From Takakia lepidozioides (lineage: Eukaryota; Plantae; Bryophyta), in NCBI GenBank assembly GCA_030704615.1, contig CM060731.1, forward strand, positions 34,162,001 to 34,226,000: a stretch of 64,000 bases of DNA, read 5' to 3'. The notes below the pieces were generated by a model that was given only the letters and a program-made list of their open reading frames with translations, did no database searches and was not told where the DNA came from. This document shows, in pieces, positions 1 to 13,289 of the stretch (positions are counted from its first letter, which is position 1; every line of letters begins with the position of its first letter). The position numbers and the translations under genes are program-made.

Positions 1-159
1 GACAACCTCCTCAAAAAATGCTTGGATATAGGGCATTTCGTGCAAGAGACTGCTTCGGATGCTTCGAGAAGACGGCTCAAGGTGCACTAAACCTGCGATG
101 TAGAGAGGGATAGACGACGTCTCGCCTCCAAAGCGACATCTTGGTGTGTGAGTGTGGGC

Positions 160-748
160 CAGTGTTGGTCTGGTATGGGTATCTGACCCTGGTATCAGGG
201 ACCAGACCAGCCTGGTCCTAATCTCTACATACCCAAGGCGATACCATTGCTTGCCTTAGTGTAGGGTTAGCACATACCATACCAGTTTGGTGTTGATGGC
301 TAGGGTTTAGTATTGATACTCATTGCAAGCGTTTCGCAACCATTCTTCGACTGGTGTCAATTCTTGTTGACGGGAAGTACGAAAGAGTTTTATGGCGGCC
401 ACTTCGCAGCTTAGGGTCGATGGATTGTTGGGCGAACAATCAAGGCTTGAATCAAGGCTCTGCCGGTGGCAATGAGATCATTTTCCGTGTGCAGTTCTCC
501 TGTTCATGTATGATGCATTCATCAAGTGTTTTTTAAGTCAATTGAAGGTTCGTTTGATACCAGATCCCAGTATGTATACCAATTGGTATTACTTGAGCAC
601 ATTTGTATTGATACCATTGCTTAAGTGATTAAAAATAGCTTGATAAATATCCCTGGTACCAATGTTCCCCTGGTATGTCATTTTGAGAGCCACCCATATA
701 GCAGGACCAGCTTGGTATCCAAAAATGTTGATACCAAGACCAACATTG
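160..748. mobile_element. Non-autonomous hAT-like MITE
   Basis: Imperfect TIRs CAGTGTTGGTCTGGTAT (160-) and ATACCAAGACCAACATTG (-748). 8-bp flanks GTGTGGGC (152-159) and GTGTGGAC (749-756) match 7/8. Repeated subterminal GGTATC/GATACC motifs; no transposase ORF. Confidence 0.75.
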
Positions 749-1377
749 GTGTGGACCTCACAAGCTAGCACCGATTGCCATCAGATAGAGTCATGCCCAT
801 GGTCCTGATGGGATGATCCAAAGGTAGTTACATGATTCATGTATTTCAAGGCTGATGCGACGATGGCGATGTTATATGAAGCATGGATTTCAGGGATGAT
901 GGAATGATGGTGTGTTACATGAGTCATGTATTACGGCTTTCAATTGGGAGTGGCGGCGGGCGGGCCGGGGGCAAATGGGGGAGGGATCAACGCGGCGACC
1001 CCGGCAGCCAGCACAAGAGATGCCACAGGGGATGAGGCGGAAGGGGGAGGGGCGGCCCACGCAGGCACACCCGCTCACGGTGCCGCATTCAACTCCAGGG
1101 CCTTTTCTATTACTTGACTATAAAAAGGGATCATTCTGGTCACCTAAAGACCCGGCCAGGCGTCACCCAGCCAGTCATTCTGGCCAGTCTCTTAGTTAGA
1201 GAGGACGGCCCGGGAATTTCCCGCCAGGTGAGGATGGCACCTTTCGTAGCGTAAGTTTCCTGCTCTTGTGAGCCGTCCGATCAAGGAAACCGCAGCCATC
1301 AAAATGCGAAACTCTTGCTGCTACATTAGGTGTAGGGTGAGAGCCTACACCTAATGTGCCGTACCCGGAGCACCTAG

Positions 1378-1445
1378 TTGTAGCCGAGTGGTAATGGGTC
1401 ACATACCACCTTAGAAGTGGTTGTGGGTTCAATCCACCCTTGCTG
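1378..1445 (+). mobile_element. tRNA-like Pol III head (degenerate SINE or tRNA relic)
   Basis: A-box-like TAGCCGAGTGG and B-box-like GGTTCAATCC at tRNA spacing; no convincing cloverleaf. Confidence 0.4.
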
Positions 1446-3259
1446 TCACAAAGGTGTCCACCTTCCTAACAGACGGCAGTAACCATTGGGGGTGAAGAGA
1501 CACCATAATTTATGTTTCCTTGGGGAGGCATAAAATATTATTAATATTATTAAGTGGTACCCAGCACTTCCGAGTCTTGCCGAGGTTGCCCAAGTTACCC
1601 AAGTTAGAGGGGTGAAAGCTCACACCATAATTTATGCTTGCTTCGAACAGGATTCAACCTTCAGCCCTTACAGATGCTACCTTTGTTTTGCACATTTATA
1701 CATACATATATATGAACATGGACTTGAGCAAGAATGAGATCTCACCAACCTATATCCTCAAACAGTCTTGCACCTACCTTCACCAATCAACTGTATTGGT
1801 TCCTCCCTTTCTACCTGGTCTCTAGTAACTTGGAAAAATCAACACTGATTCAGCATACACCCCTCCAATTAAACTTTATTTGGTTCAGGACTCATGACTG
1901 AAACCTGATGGAGTGAAGCAAGGCTCTCTCTGTTGACCTCCACATGAGCCTGTGTTACTCACGCCACCACCACCTTGACATTGGCACAGTTCCGTCAAAT
2001 CCCAACCTCTAGGAGAAAGGCTCACCTAAATCCCACACTGATGTGCCTTACATTTTTGACATGTTTCTGTAGATCTATGTGAACAGTATATTATGAGTCA
2101 GTACATGTGTAGTTTCACTCTGCAGTCTGAAAGATGATCAGTCTTTATGACCCGAGTCGCACTTTGGCAGTGAAATTGACCAAGCACCTGTTGTTCTCAT
2201 ATGCAGTAACCCCTTTGGGCCTCTCTTTCTGAGCCTATTCCACCTGTATCCTCTGCAATCTGGATGCTACATCTCACTCACCAGGATGTATGGTATATAT
2301 ATATGCATTTATTGTGAATGTGCCAGACTAGGATTTTCCGGCATCTCTGTCCGAGCTCGTGACTGCTCTGCACCTTCCCAAACGCACATGATTTGATCCC
2401 ATACTTGAAACCTGTACTCTATTCAAGAAGGTCCATGAATTTTTCAACCTGAACACTTCAGAACTCCCACGCCCTTTGCTGTGAGCTGCGGAGTTTGACA
2501 TATTCTGCCCCCAAGACAGAACACATCGACTGCAAAGAAGTCCAGTCTTAGGAAATTCCCACCTCTGCAAACCCCAAAGTGAGGATAGGCAGCACAGAAG
2601 CTCCCAGTAATTGAGGCGGTGAAGATCCAATTCAGCAAGAGAATACACTATAGAAAGACAGCCTGCCTTTTTGTGCCTTTGAAAGCCTTAACACAAAGAG
2701 TCCAGGTTCCACCCCGCACCAATCCTGTCCGGTATCCTCACAGACAAGCCAACAATTGGTGGATTCTTCCAACCTGATTGTCCTGCTTTGATGCACAACC
2801 CAAGTCCTTCAGAGTGAGCCTCATCATCAGCAAGTGAGACAGATAAATAGTGTTATCTCCAGGCACTTCGACCCAGAGACCCTTTGTATGCTCCTAGTGT
2901 GGTCCAATGCTCAAGGATATAGTATATAGCTGCCGTACTGGTTTGAATTCTAGCTGGTCCAAAAATCCCAGAATGGGCCTTTTATTTGGACAATCCCCCT
3001 GACACAAAACCTCGCAATTGATTGCCAAGCTGGATAAGAGTTTGTTCTGCCCCTTGCTTCGCCTTTGCAAGTCCTCCAGTTGCGCCCACAGCGACCAGAT
3101 GAACTGAAGTGGAGGGCGCTAACCCCTACAATTTTAAACTACCATAGTAAAAGACACTGACATGTCATGTGGTGAAATGACAGTTATTTGGTTGATAAAG
3201 ATCGAGACTGACAAAGCAATAGATTAGCCAGGTGACAACACATAGAGCTGCAGAAAGGC

Positions 3260-6200
3260 TTATGCGGGAAAATTGCCAGTAATTCTCAGATGCTCTAATG
3301 TCCGCACCAGCCCAAATGCTGTGACAGCTCCAATTCCAGCACGAAATCCATCCCCATAGACAGGTGACGAGTCTGTGGCAATTTGGTGTAAAAAGAATTC
3401 ACCAAGTCGGATAAGAGTTGCACTATTGGCCCGCTTGCTACTCGATGATGATGAGGAAGACCGGCTTTTGTCTCTCAGTTTCTTGAGCTCCGCTTCCAGC
3501 CATATGTGCGACATCACTTGGCATATGCCCTCCTCTACTTCATTGCTTAGATTTGGAAATGTACCTGCATAAGCAAAAACAGACGTTTTCTTGACTATCA
3601 CTTGAATCTTATGATCTACACAAGGCACTCTGATGGCGTTTAGGCTTCTGCAACTCTGATGAACTGGTTGATCTCTTTCTTCTTTCAACCCTCTTTTGAG
3701 TCTTATTCCTTGCACAACCACTAAAGACACTAAGACATAGTAAGTGCTGACAACATCATTGAGGAACGAGGAAAGAGATGACAAAAGAGAGTCAGTGTGG
3801 TATACCATTAAGACGAAGCCATGCATGCATCAGCTCGTGCGCCAGAATAGATCCTGTCAGAAGCCTACAATGTCCATGCCCACTTCCTCTCAGTTTTCTT
3901 CGCACCTATCAGCCTCCCCATCTTATCCATTAAGGAGATTAAACAGAAGACAACAGTTTTGAGCGGTATGAAGTTAAAGAAACAACCAGTCCACATTAAA
4001 AAGAATATCCTTTGACGTATTTGTTCATACTCTCTCTTCTCCAGGGAGCACAATACTGCACAACAAACTATCAGGCAGGATGCACTGGAGACCAAAATAA
4101 AATCAGATGGAAGGACTCAGTTCCCCAGAGGAGAGATTTATAGTCTGGGAGTTGTGACCCTGCTCAAAGGTTTGGCCACACACTGTAGCCTTCAAAATGT
4201 GCTGCAGTTGCACCGAGGGTGGGTTGATATGAAACAGACTTTTACCTGGGTAGGCCATAGAGGACCAGAATCGCAGTGACCTCACAGTGGCGCACTAACT
4301 TTTGGGACTCCGTTTTCAGAAGTAATGGATACCCCCCATGAGCTTTCGGCCTCTTGCTGAACACCTGTCCAAACATATCCCACCACTAAAATGCTGTAGG
4401 TCCATAACAGGCATCCAACAGAGGTTTCCAGATCCATTATGTACTTTCCTCAGGCATGGCAAACTCCCAAGGATGGGTTTGCTCGAGGTATAAATTTTCT
4501 GGGATGTAGGATGCCCTCAAAAAGTGAAAGTACACCAAACAGAGTATATGACAGCTCCCACAACTGCAATGTGTTTGCTTTGATTTCAAACATTCAGGAC
4601 TAAAACAAAATGATTGTCATCTACACATAGCCCTCCATGCTAGACGGAGCACTGTACGCTTTAAAGTGCAACATTGAGGGCAAGATGAAGCAAATGTGAC
4701 AGTGTGCTTGGTCTTGAGCTTACTGTCATGGCTCTCAGCAACAAAGAAGGCCAAGAAGAACAAAAGACACTGGGTATGAAGCTAATCTCACCGTCATGAT
4801 AGTTTGTTCCTCTGAAAGGCAAAGTCCTCGGGTCTCTGGGGTATGAGTATGACCCTGCCACACGCATTTGAGAACACAACAAAGTTAGGATTTAATGAGA
4901 GAGCTATGTGAAAATGCCAATATGACTGCTACAATGGAGCTTTCACAGATTGCCTTAACCCTGCAGAATCGTCCATGTTAAGGAGCTGAGGTTCCATGAA
5001 TTCCAGCCATAACAATTTAGCCAACCACAGTGGCCAACAAAGTCAAAGGAAACCAAACAGTGAGCTTCAGATGGTTTCGTAAATTTGCAATCACAGTAGG
5101 CAGCACCTCATCACCTCTTTCTCACCATCACGTGCAGCATTGAGGGCTGATCGCTCCACCAAGAGCACAGGAATCTCTTGGTCAATCATCATGCCCAGCT
5201 GCTTGTAGAACCACAAGATATCACGGTAGAGGGGTTGGCATTCTTTGTTGTCCATCAGTGATGACTCGACGCATTCCGAGCACAGCTTCCGGCCATCCTC
5301 CAAGTTCAAGTACTTCGTTCCAGCAGGCTGCAACCCAGAGACAAATCCTTACCTTAGCTATTAATCTAATCCATCCTCATGACAACAGATTTATTACAGT
5401 GTATTGTTCATAAAATATTATTATCACTCGCTCTTCTCATTTGCTAGTTTAGGACAAGGCTCCATGGGCACGAGGATGGGAAGCAGAGGCTAACAAATCC
5501 ATTGTTATCACCCCTCTCTCCTGGGGACAAATCCCCATCACAGAAGTAACATCATTGCACCACTCTGCAGACTAGCCACCGTTCACGTGCTCTAGCTCCC
5601 TCTCAACTTTACATTCTTCAATTCAGGAAATGTGAGCAGAGCTATCAAGTTCAGTCCTTGCATGTCAGGATCGACCTGCCCCCTTCATATGTATTATGAG
5701 TGTGTTGTGGGAGCCATCATAATCAACCTCTTCAATGAGGTGGTGCAACAAAGATTCCCAAATGAGTGGACAAGTCATTCGCCCACTTTTCAAGAGTGGT
5801 GACATGCTGTACTCAGAAAGTTACAAATACAATATGGTCTCTTCCTTCCCTCACACACTAGCAACGCTGATTCAGACAACACATGACAAGAAACCAGTGT
5901 ACACGGTCAACCAATTTGATTATGCTCGGTTCAGCTCCAAGAGCTCCTCTCCTCAGGAGACTATATATCGAACAGAAGTTCATCAGGACCTCATCTTGGT
6001 CATCATGGATAAGGCCACCATGGTTCTGTGGAAGTCAATCAAAGTAGCACAACAACGTTCACAGCTCCACTGGGGTGAAACAGGGCTTTCCTCTATCCTC
6101 AACTCTCTTTGGCATTCCTTCACAAGCATCATGGCATTGGTGTTCTATTGCATGGTACACCAACTCATTCTATGTGTCATTCTGTTTGGCACACTCTCCA

Positions 6201-9200
6201 AAATAAAAAATGCTTGGCAGCGTACCTGCACGAGGCCTTCACCCTTAGACAATCGCTAGAACATTAATTGTGGTTTCTGGATTTGTTCCTCTCTCGTGTT
6301 TTCTTCCATTTTGTCCCATAAGCTCTATGAGCTTTCCGCGGACGTTATAAATCATTTCTCCCTTTTTCCTAAATAATCTGGGAAAGACAATGTACTGCAC
6401 ACAACAAGAACCGGGCTATATCATGGGCATAAAAGGAAGACAGGTTGTATAAGATGACAGTGAGAAAGAAAAGCAAGAAACTTCACGTTGTCCAGGGCAA
6501 GTTCAACGAGCTTATGGAACTGAAGCAAAATGGATAGAACAGCCGCGTCTTGTAGAGGTTGTGTTTGTATTGGAAAACATGGGTTGATCTTAGCTTTGTT
6601 AAGGCGCAGAGTCAAACTCTGCACATATGAAGGAGAAGACATTGACTGGAATCATGGTAGGACAAGCGTCTTCTCCATCCTGACCTTCTGGGTTACCACC
6701 GTCTTTGAGGGTCACTTCTATCACCCATATGTTATCAAGGATGTGGTGCACCCGTCTCTTATTCTTGCCAGAAGGTAGGACTCCTGATGAAGCTGAAGGT
6801 GTGTCATCACACCTCCCCATATATTCTTGGAGTGGTTATCATATAAGGACATCCTAACTCACCGCCGGTTATGAAAAAATTCAAATAGTCGCCCAACACT
6901 GGTTTCAACCTTATTATAGTATAATTAAACAGATCAACACTGGTTTAAACCAGTGTTGGTCTGGTATGGGTATCAGACCGGAGTATCAATGCTGGTGTCA
7001 ACCCTGGTATCAGGGACACCAGGTCATATATCAAACCAAGCTGGTATCCATTTCCTCATACCAGCCACAATACAGTAACCCCCCCCCCCTGTTATCAAGG
7101 ATGTGGTGCACCCGTCTCTAATTCTTGCCAGAAGGTAGGACTCCTGATGAAGCTGAAGGTGTGTCATCACATCTCCCCATATCTTCTTGGAGTGGTTATC
7201 ATATAAGGACATCCTAAGACAGACTCTGAAGGCTTTTAGCCTCACTACACCTTTAAGGGAAATAGAAACAGCCCAACCCAGGTGATACACCCCTCACAAA
7301 ATGGCTTTCTTACTTAGATGTCACTACAGAACCCTATATGGCAGCGAGTTTTGGAGTACCAGGATCTCACTGGAGCCCATTATTCCCCTTAGCAGAAAAC
7401 ACCGCCTGACTTTGTTAGAGGATTTTTCACAATAAAGATTCTTGTCAATCAACACCCAAGACCAACATGACCACAGAGATAGACAAGAAAGGGAGTCAAC
7501 AGAATAATGAGAGACTTCTGAAGCATGAGACTGGATAGAGCACAGTAACTGCTGTAATCTCTCAGTATGCAGAAGCAGCAAGAAGGGCGGAGCATCCCTC
7601 ATCAAAGAAAATCACGAAATCCCTTTCCCTACATCCAAGCCATGGAGAGGTCTTACCTCAAGGCGATCACAGCTACAGCAGCGGGGTGTGCCATCTCTTT
7701 CGTGGGACGGACAATATTTCTGATTCCAAAATGGATGTGAGCGATACTCTATTAACCCTGCAACATTTGTAGGAATCTGCAAGCAAACATATCTTTCAGA
7801 CTCATACTGATTGTGGCTTGCTTGGTAATGCAGGGAGAAAATGGTACTATATAACATCCATGGAAAGCTCAAACAGCTTAGGGGACAAGAGAAAGCAAGA
7901 AACAAGAATGTGAGGAGTTAACAGTTCCCTCCACTCAAAGTTCATTATGTGGCATGGCCTGGTACGGCTGAAAGACAACAATTTTATAGCTGTATTGCTT
8001 ACTCAACTAGTTGCTCAAGGTTACCCAGACAACTAAAAGAGCTTCACAACCTTGCACTATGCAGAGAAGGAAAAACAAAAAGTTAGGACATCCATAGGTC
8101 TGGTCAGGAGAAATGAATGGAATCAAACTGTACTTTATAACTTACTTAGAAACTGTATTATGTCCACGGTAATCCATGATAAGCTCAAAGAGCTTAAGGG
8201 ACAGAAGACAAACTGAACACGAGACAACCTCAACAGAAGAATTAAATCAAAATTTATCTTAGTCATGTCAGCAGAAAGCCCTCGAGGTCCAAGGGAGCTA
8301 ATTTCAATCACAAAAATAAAAGAACTACTCAAAAGCTCATTGCACAAAATGCAGACTCCCTTATGCAAGTGCATATCAGACAATAGATGACATCATAGAC
8401 ATGTGCTGGCCTTTTGGGCCTCACAGGGTAGTGAGAAAGGGTGATGGGAGGGTGAAACTAGGGGAGAAAGAAAGGGGCCAGCCAACAAAATCTTATTAAA
8501 CTTTCTGATCTTCTGTCTTTGGGAGATAATTGTCACCATACAAGAGACAAGCAAAACAACACAGTAAAACCACTCAAAGCACATAGGAGAGAGAGAGAAA
8601 CACGTACAAAGTTATGACAAATCTCACACTTGGGATGGAAGACCTCTTTGTAGCAGTCTCGATGATAGGGCTCATTGCCTTGAACTGAAAACTGTCAACC
8701 AAGAGACACCGTGTAAGCATCTAATTTTCCTTCAAGTAACCTAACACTTACTTCCAAAGGAGCATGGAGACTGTAAGAAGTCTGCACCCTTTTGAACTAG
8801 AATAGGAGACAGTTTAAAACTGTCTATTTATCTAGTGGTCACAGTGCATAAGGGAATGACAAAATACAGTACCTCGCGGTCTGCAATAGCTTTACTGCAT
8901 AATCGGCAACGGAAGCAAGATGGGTGCCAATTTTGGCCCAAGCAGCTTAAGAAGCGCCCAAAGCCGAGTGGCTTATTACACCCAGCACAAGTCGAAATTC
9001 CAAGTGATCTAACAGCCACCCACAGGCATACAATCCTCTGAATTGAGTCACAGCATTGTTAAAATGTGCGTCCATACATTGTGTTAACTTGATGCCAGAG
9101 CACAATAAGCCTTGTATGAAAAAAGTTTACAGTAGGATTAACAAGTACAGTAAGACAAAAATTTGGAAGGCAGGAAAGACTCGTCTGAGGTCCATTTGAA

Positions 9201-10632
9201 TATAGGACTAATGAGGAGACTACGAGAGAAACCTGACCTTGGGGCCACTATAGGGTACAAAGGAGCAACAGAGGAGCTGCCATATGGAGGTGGGTACTGC
9301 AGACTCATACTTTCTTGCATGGCTTTAGCCAGGTCCTCCACATCTTCCTCCACAGGAGGTGACGCCTCTCTACCTGAGGAAACTGAACATGGGACCACAA
9401 CAGTTCACAATGAGACCAGGCAGAACTGATGACGATCTTTTTCACAAAGATTCTAGAGTATGCAAATGGCCTCAGCTGGTTGGGTGTACTTGAGATGCCT
9501 CAAGTTCATGTTCATGTTAAGTTCATGTATGAGAATTCTCTAGGCATGCCTGGAGTTGCAGAAATACAGAGAAATGAAATGAAATGAAATGGTGCTTTAT
9601 AACGTCCGCGGAAAGCTCTTAGAGCTTATGGGACAAAATGGAAGAAAACATGAGAGAGGAACAAAACCAGAACCCAAGAAGAACTAATGTTCTAGTGATT
9701 GTCTAAGGGTGAAGGCCTCGTGCAGGTAGGCTGCCAAGCATTCTTGATCCTCATAGTGGAAGACATCAGTGAGAGATTGGGTTCCACTGAATAAACAGTG
9801 GAATCTCCCACGGATCTCGTAGTATCCGAGAGAGAGAGAGAGAGACAGAACAGAGAGGCCAAAACAGATGCTCTGTTCTCCATGCAAAACTCAATCATAT
9901 CCATGACACTACAGTTTTAACGATGACATTTAAAGTGGCAACTTTTACTGTGAGCTTCTCCAAAAGCTGACTCGGCATTGGTGTTGTGCAGATCGTCTGT
10001 GTTTGGGATGTTTGGTGAGGTCTTTATGTCATTATAGTATGAGTTATTAGCATCATCCTGCCTTCGCCATCTCTCATCCTTCCAGGGGTCCTGCATGCAT
10101 CCATTGAGGACTGCCTTTAGCAACCACTTTCCAAAGGCAGCCCTCAGCCACTCACAATCCCAGATTTTAAAACAGAGTAATCTGCCATTGAACCTGACTT
10201 CTTTAAAATGCAGAGGGAAACTCTTAACCGTCTCCCCTGCCTGCTCACCACTTCCCAACCCTTCCCTCTAGTTTTACCTTTCTACAGGTAACTAACCCCA
10301 TCATTTCGCAAATTTTCTCGACATTCACCAGTGAGAAACCCATGAATTTACCGATAAAGTTCTACCTGGAGACACTGATTGGTCACCACAAGACAGCCCT
10401 CAAATCAGTAGTGACATAAAGTCATCAGGCTTAGCTTCCACTTCAAATAGAGGGTGATATGGAGATAAAGTGAGCTGTACAAGCCACATGGAAAGACACA
10501 AACCTCAAAGATATTGGGTCCTTGCCAGAGACCAGCATTATTGTTCCGGGGATATTCATATTGGCATTCCTCATCTCCGTCTTTGTATTTATGAACTCCG
10601 GGAGACCCGAAAAGATTATCTAGCCAATTCAT
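3260..10632 (-). CDS. DA1: DA1/DAR-family ubiquitin-activated LIM-domain metallopeptidase, 11 coding exons
   Basis: Exons 10632-10504, 10090-9949, ~9374-9238, 9008-8873, 8691-8608, 7776-7657, 5327-5115, 4854-4792, 4364-4246, 3864-3806, 3564-3260, all GT-AG and phase-consistent. Motifs: UIM-like [18 protein letters not shown]...[61 protein letters not shown] (HExxH), [10 protein letters not shown]. Confidence 0.95.
5700..6200 (+). pseudogene. Decayed LINE reverse-transcriptase N-terminal fragment in DA1 intron
   Basis: Frameshifted [15 protein letters not shown] / IRPLFKSGD resembles the non-LTR RT start motif; directly followed by a family-A LINE 3' end. Confidence 0.5.
6205..6365 (+). mobile_element. 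LINE family A 3' end (5'-truncated copy)
   Basis: Closely matches the reverse complement of ~9590-9745; contains AAGCTCTATGAGCTT-TCCGCGGACGTTATAAA. Confidence 0.75.
6730..7217 (+). repeat. 128-bp direct duplication (6730-6857 / 7090-7217) enclosing hAT-MITE end fragments
   Basis: Three mismatches between the copies. The insert contains the 160-748 MITE left end at 6951. Confidence 0.9.
9571..9829 (-). mobile_element. LINE family A 3' end with (ATTTC)n tail
   Basis: ORF C-terminus [46 protein letters not shown], ~90-nt 3' UTR and microsatellite tail; repeated many times in the window. Confidence 0.75.
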
Positions 10633-12533
10633 ATTTGTGCTCCTGATGGTTCACAGTTGTCACTGCGCACTTGGACGCCTTTGCAGGATCTGCAGATAGA
10701 GAAATTGCTGTGTCATAGAGAGAATACGACACCCTCTCCCCCCCCCCCCCCCCCCCATCTAGCCTCAATTGAAACAAGAGGGTAGCTAACATCATTTTCC
10801 TTTCCTCTAGCTGCAGTCATTCTTGGATTATTGGAAGAGTAGCTTGTAAGAACAGATTGGCGTCATGCATCCTGCTGCCTGCTTCCCAGTACCGTTCATG
10901 AATGTTGATGTAAAACCAAGAGTGATAGACAGCGAATCTTGTAGTTTTTCTTCCTAGTGATTGAAATGAGTGTCACAATCCTAGAAAGCAGCTAATCTGT
11001 TCCTTTACACTATTTCACTTGAATGGTAATATGTTTACCAGTTGCTAGTACGTATTGGCTCAATTCACTCCCTTTCTCTCTCTATGCGTCTCCCGGGAAC
11101 TTAATTAATACGTTTTCTTTCCTTCCTCTCGTTCTGTCTCTTTCATATTTCTCTGGACTATGAAGAGCTGAACAAAACCGAATCGTAAGAAGAATGTAAG
11201 CATTTGATTTTAGTCCGCATTAGCCATAATTGAAAAACGTAGGACGCTCAGCGCATCCTCCATCGACCAATGATCGTGCACCACATTGTGAGCAATGGCC
11301 AGATCATGATAAATGATACGATTTCAAGAATTTGGGACGGGAAAACAAGAAGATGATATCTACCAAACAAAAAAGCTTGTAGTTCTCCATGAAGCACTAC
11401 ATACCATCACCGTAGAAAGACACTTAGTAATTCAGCAATTCGTCCTTCCTGCGTAACTAGATATTCAGCTCAAGGTACAAATAGCAAGCAGTCGCAATGT
11501 ACCGGGATGAGAAATATATCATACCACAATGGCCAGCTCAAGTTACACACAGCAAGCAGTCACAAAGTACCGGGCTTGAGATGAGAATACCATACCACAG
11601 CCATTGTCGTCATTTCAGTAAGCAGATACTTTCGGAAGCAATCCTCCTCACATCACATTGCTGTATTACGCAGACATTAGCTCAAAGAATAGCACAAGGA
11701 GACTCTGGAGCTCCCCTGTGTGCGTCCGTCAAGGAGCTAGTATGAAATTCAGGGGATCAAGAAAATCCGAAGGACACGGAAACTGAAAGTACAGTGCAAC
11801 CGACCAGTGTAAAGGACACACTCAACCAGAATGCAAGTGAAAGAGCAATCTGCAGCTCCCGCGAATGTGTGCGCACGCGGGAGAAGGAGAATATTAACAC
11901 CAGACAGGACGGAACGGGAGTGGACCAACACGGACCCGTGAGCTAGTCGAAAAGCCAGACAGGATGAAAAAGAAACGATATTGAAGCTTGTGTCTCCCCC
12001 TTGTCTGGAGAGGTGGCACCTTCACACTGGGATAGGATCCCTGGAATGCAACACAACGCATTAAAGTCACAGAGAAAGAGAGAGACAGCTGTTGTCATGG
12101 GATGAACGGAGCGTGCACTACTGGAGACGGGGAGAAATAAGACATCAGAGAGGCGGAGCAGCAGAGCGAGGGGGCCCGCCATAGCCGATCTTCTGGGAAG
12201 CTCCAAAACAACCAGTAAACAAACCCGCGTCTAACCCTAAAGTTTCACCTGCTTCCTTTCTTTTGCACAACCTTCTCGTCTTTCTTACAAAGCTCCTCTA
12301 AGCCGTTTCGAATCTTCATCGGACGATCAAACATATACCACGTGCAGACCTGGGCGCAAGCGGCGCCCACCACTCAGATTCTGTGACAGTACAGTCGCGG
12401 TCGGGGTGCGCGCCGTCAGCCGCGCGGTTAATATTTGCGGCGTGGACGTTAAAATGGTTGGAATACACAGTCCGGGGCGTCTGACCCTCCACAGTGAACC
12501 CAATAATGGAGTGACGTGTATTATACTAGTATC

Positions 12534-12750
12534 TTTTTTTGTTTTTTGGTTTACAAAGGGAAACACCTGGGAGCGACAGATAGAGAGGAGAAAATAACCT
12601 CTCAGTAACCTCGCCGTAAGGCTTTCCAATGCGACACCGCGCAGGAAGGGGAAGACGAGAGTACCACACCCGTCAAGTAGCAGGATTTGACCCCAGGGTC
12701 ATCCGGATGGCACTCAGTGTACTTTATCAACTGAGCTACTGACTGTTGGT
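12534..12750 (-). mobile_element. tRNA-derived SINE, copy 1
   Basis: Minus strand reads GTAGCTCAGTTGATAAAG (A box) ... GGGGTCAAATCC (B box), then a tRNA-unrelated body and an A-rich tail. Confidence 0.7.
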
Positions 12751-12945
12751 AGTTCTCGAGAGACTCCTATACCTCCGGATATGCTCCTTAATAATATGCG
12801 GTTTATAAAATCAAAAACTTCTTATTTTAAGTAAATGAGGCTTGGTGAAGAGACAGGTCCCTCATCAGTCTCCATGTAAAGCTTATGGCAATGTCAAGGT
12901 TATTTTTCGCTTGCTTAATTTTATGAACATTGTCTCCATTCCCTC

Positions 12946-13203
12946 CTTTTTTTTTTAAAATACATTTTCTTAAAAAAGGGAAACACCTGGGAGCTACAGC
13001 TCACAAATCAGGCCCCTTAATTATAGTGAGAGGAAAAAATAACCTCTTTCAGAGTAACCTTGCCGTGAAGGCTTTTCGCATGGGACACCGCCCAAGGGAA
13101 GGGGGAGAAGAACATACCACAGCCAGCAAGGTAGCAGGATTTGACCCCAGAATCATGTGGGTGCCACTGAGTGTACTATCCAATTGAGCTACCATCTGTT
13201 GGT
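12946..13203 (-). mobile_element. tRNA-derived SINE, copy 2
   Basis: GTAGCTCAATTGGATAG ... GGGGTCAAATCC; body homologous to copy 1; A-rich tail. Confidence 0.7.
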
Positions 13204-13289
13204 TTCTTTTGTAAAGAGCCACCCCTCCCAAATTTCAAGCCCCTTCAATATATGATAACTTATGTACTTCAGAAAAAAAGAAAAGAAAA

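Noticed and set aside
9692-9904. [19 protein letters not shown] frame as a repeated peptide gene
   Set aside because: It is an alternative frame of the LINE 3' end; the [12 protein letters not shown] frame is the more LINE-like one.
12670-13203. Functional tRNA genes
   Set aside because: The B boxes are degenerate, no acceptor stem is evident, and the shared bodies and A-rich tails indicate SINEs.
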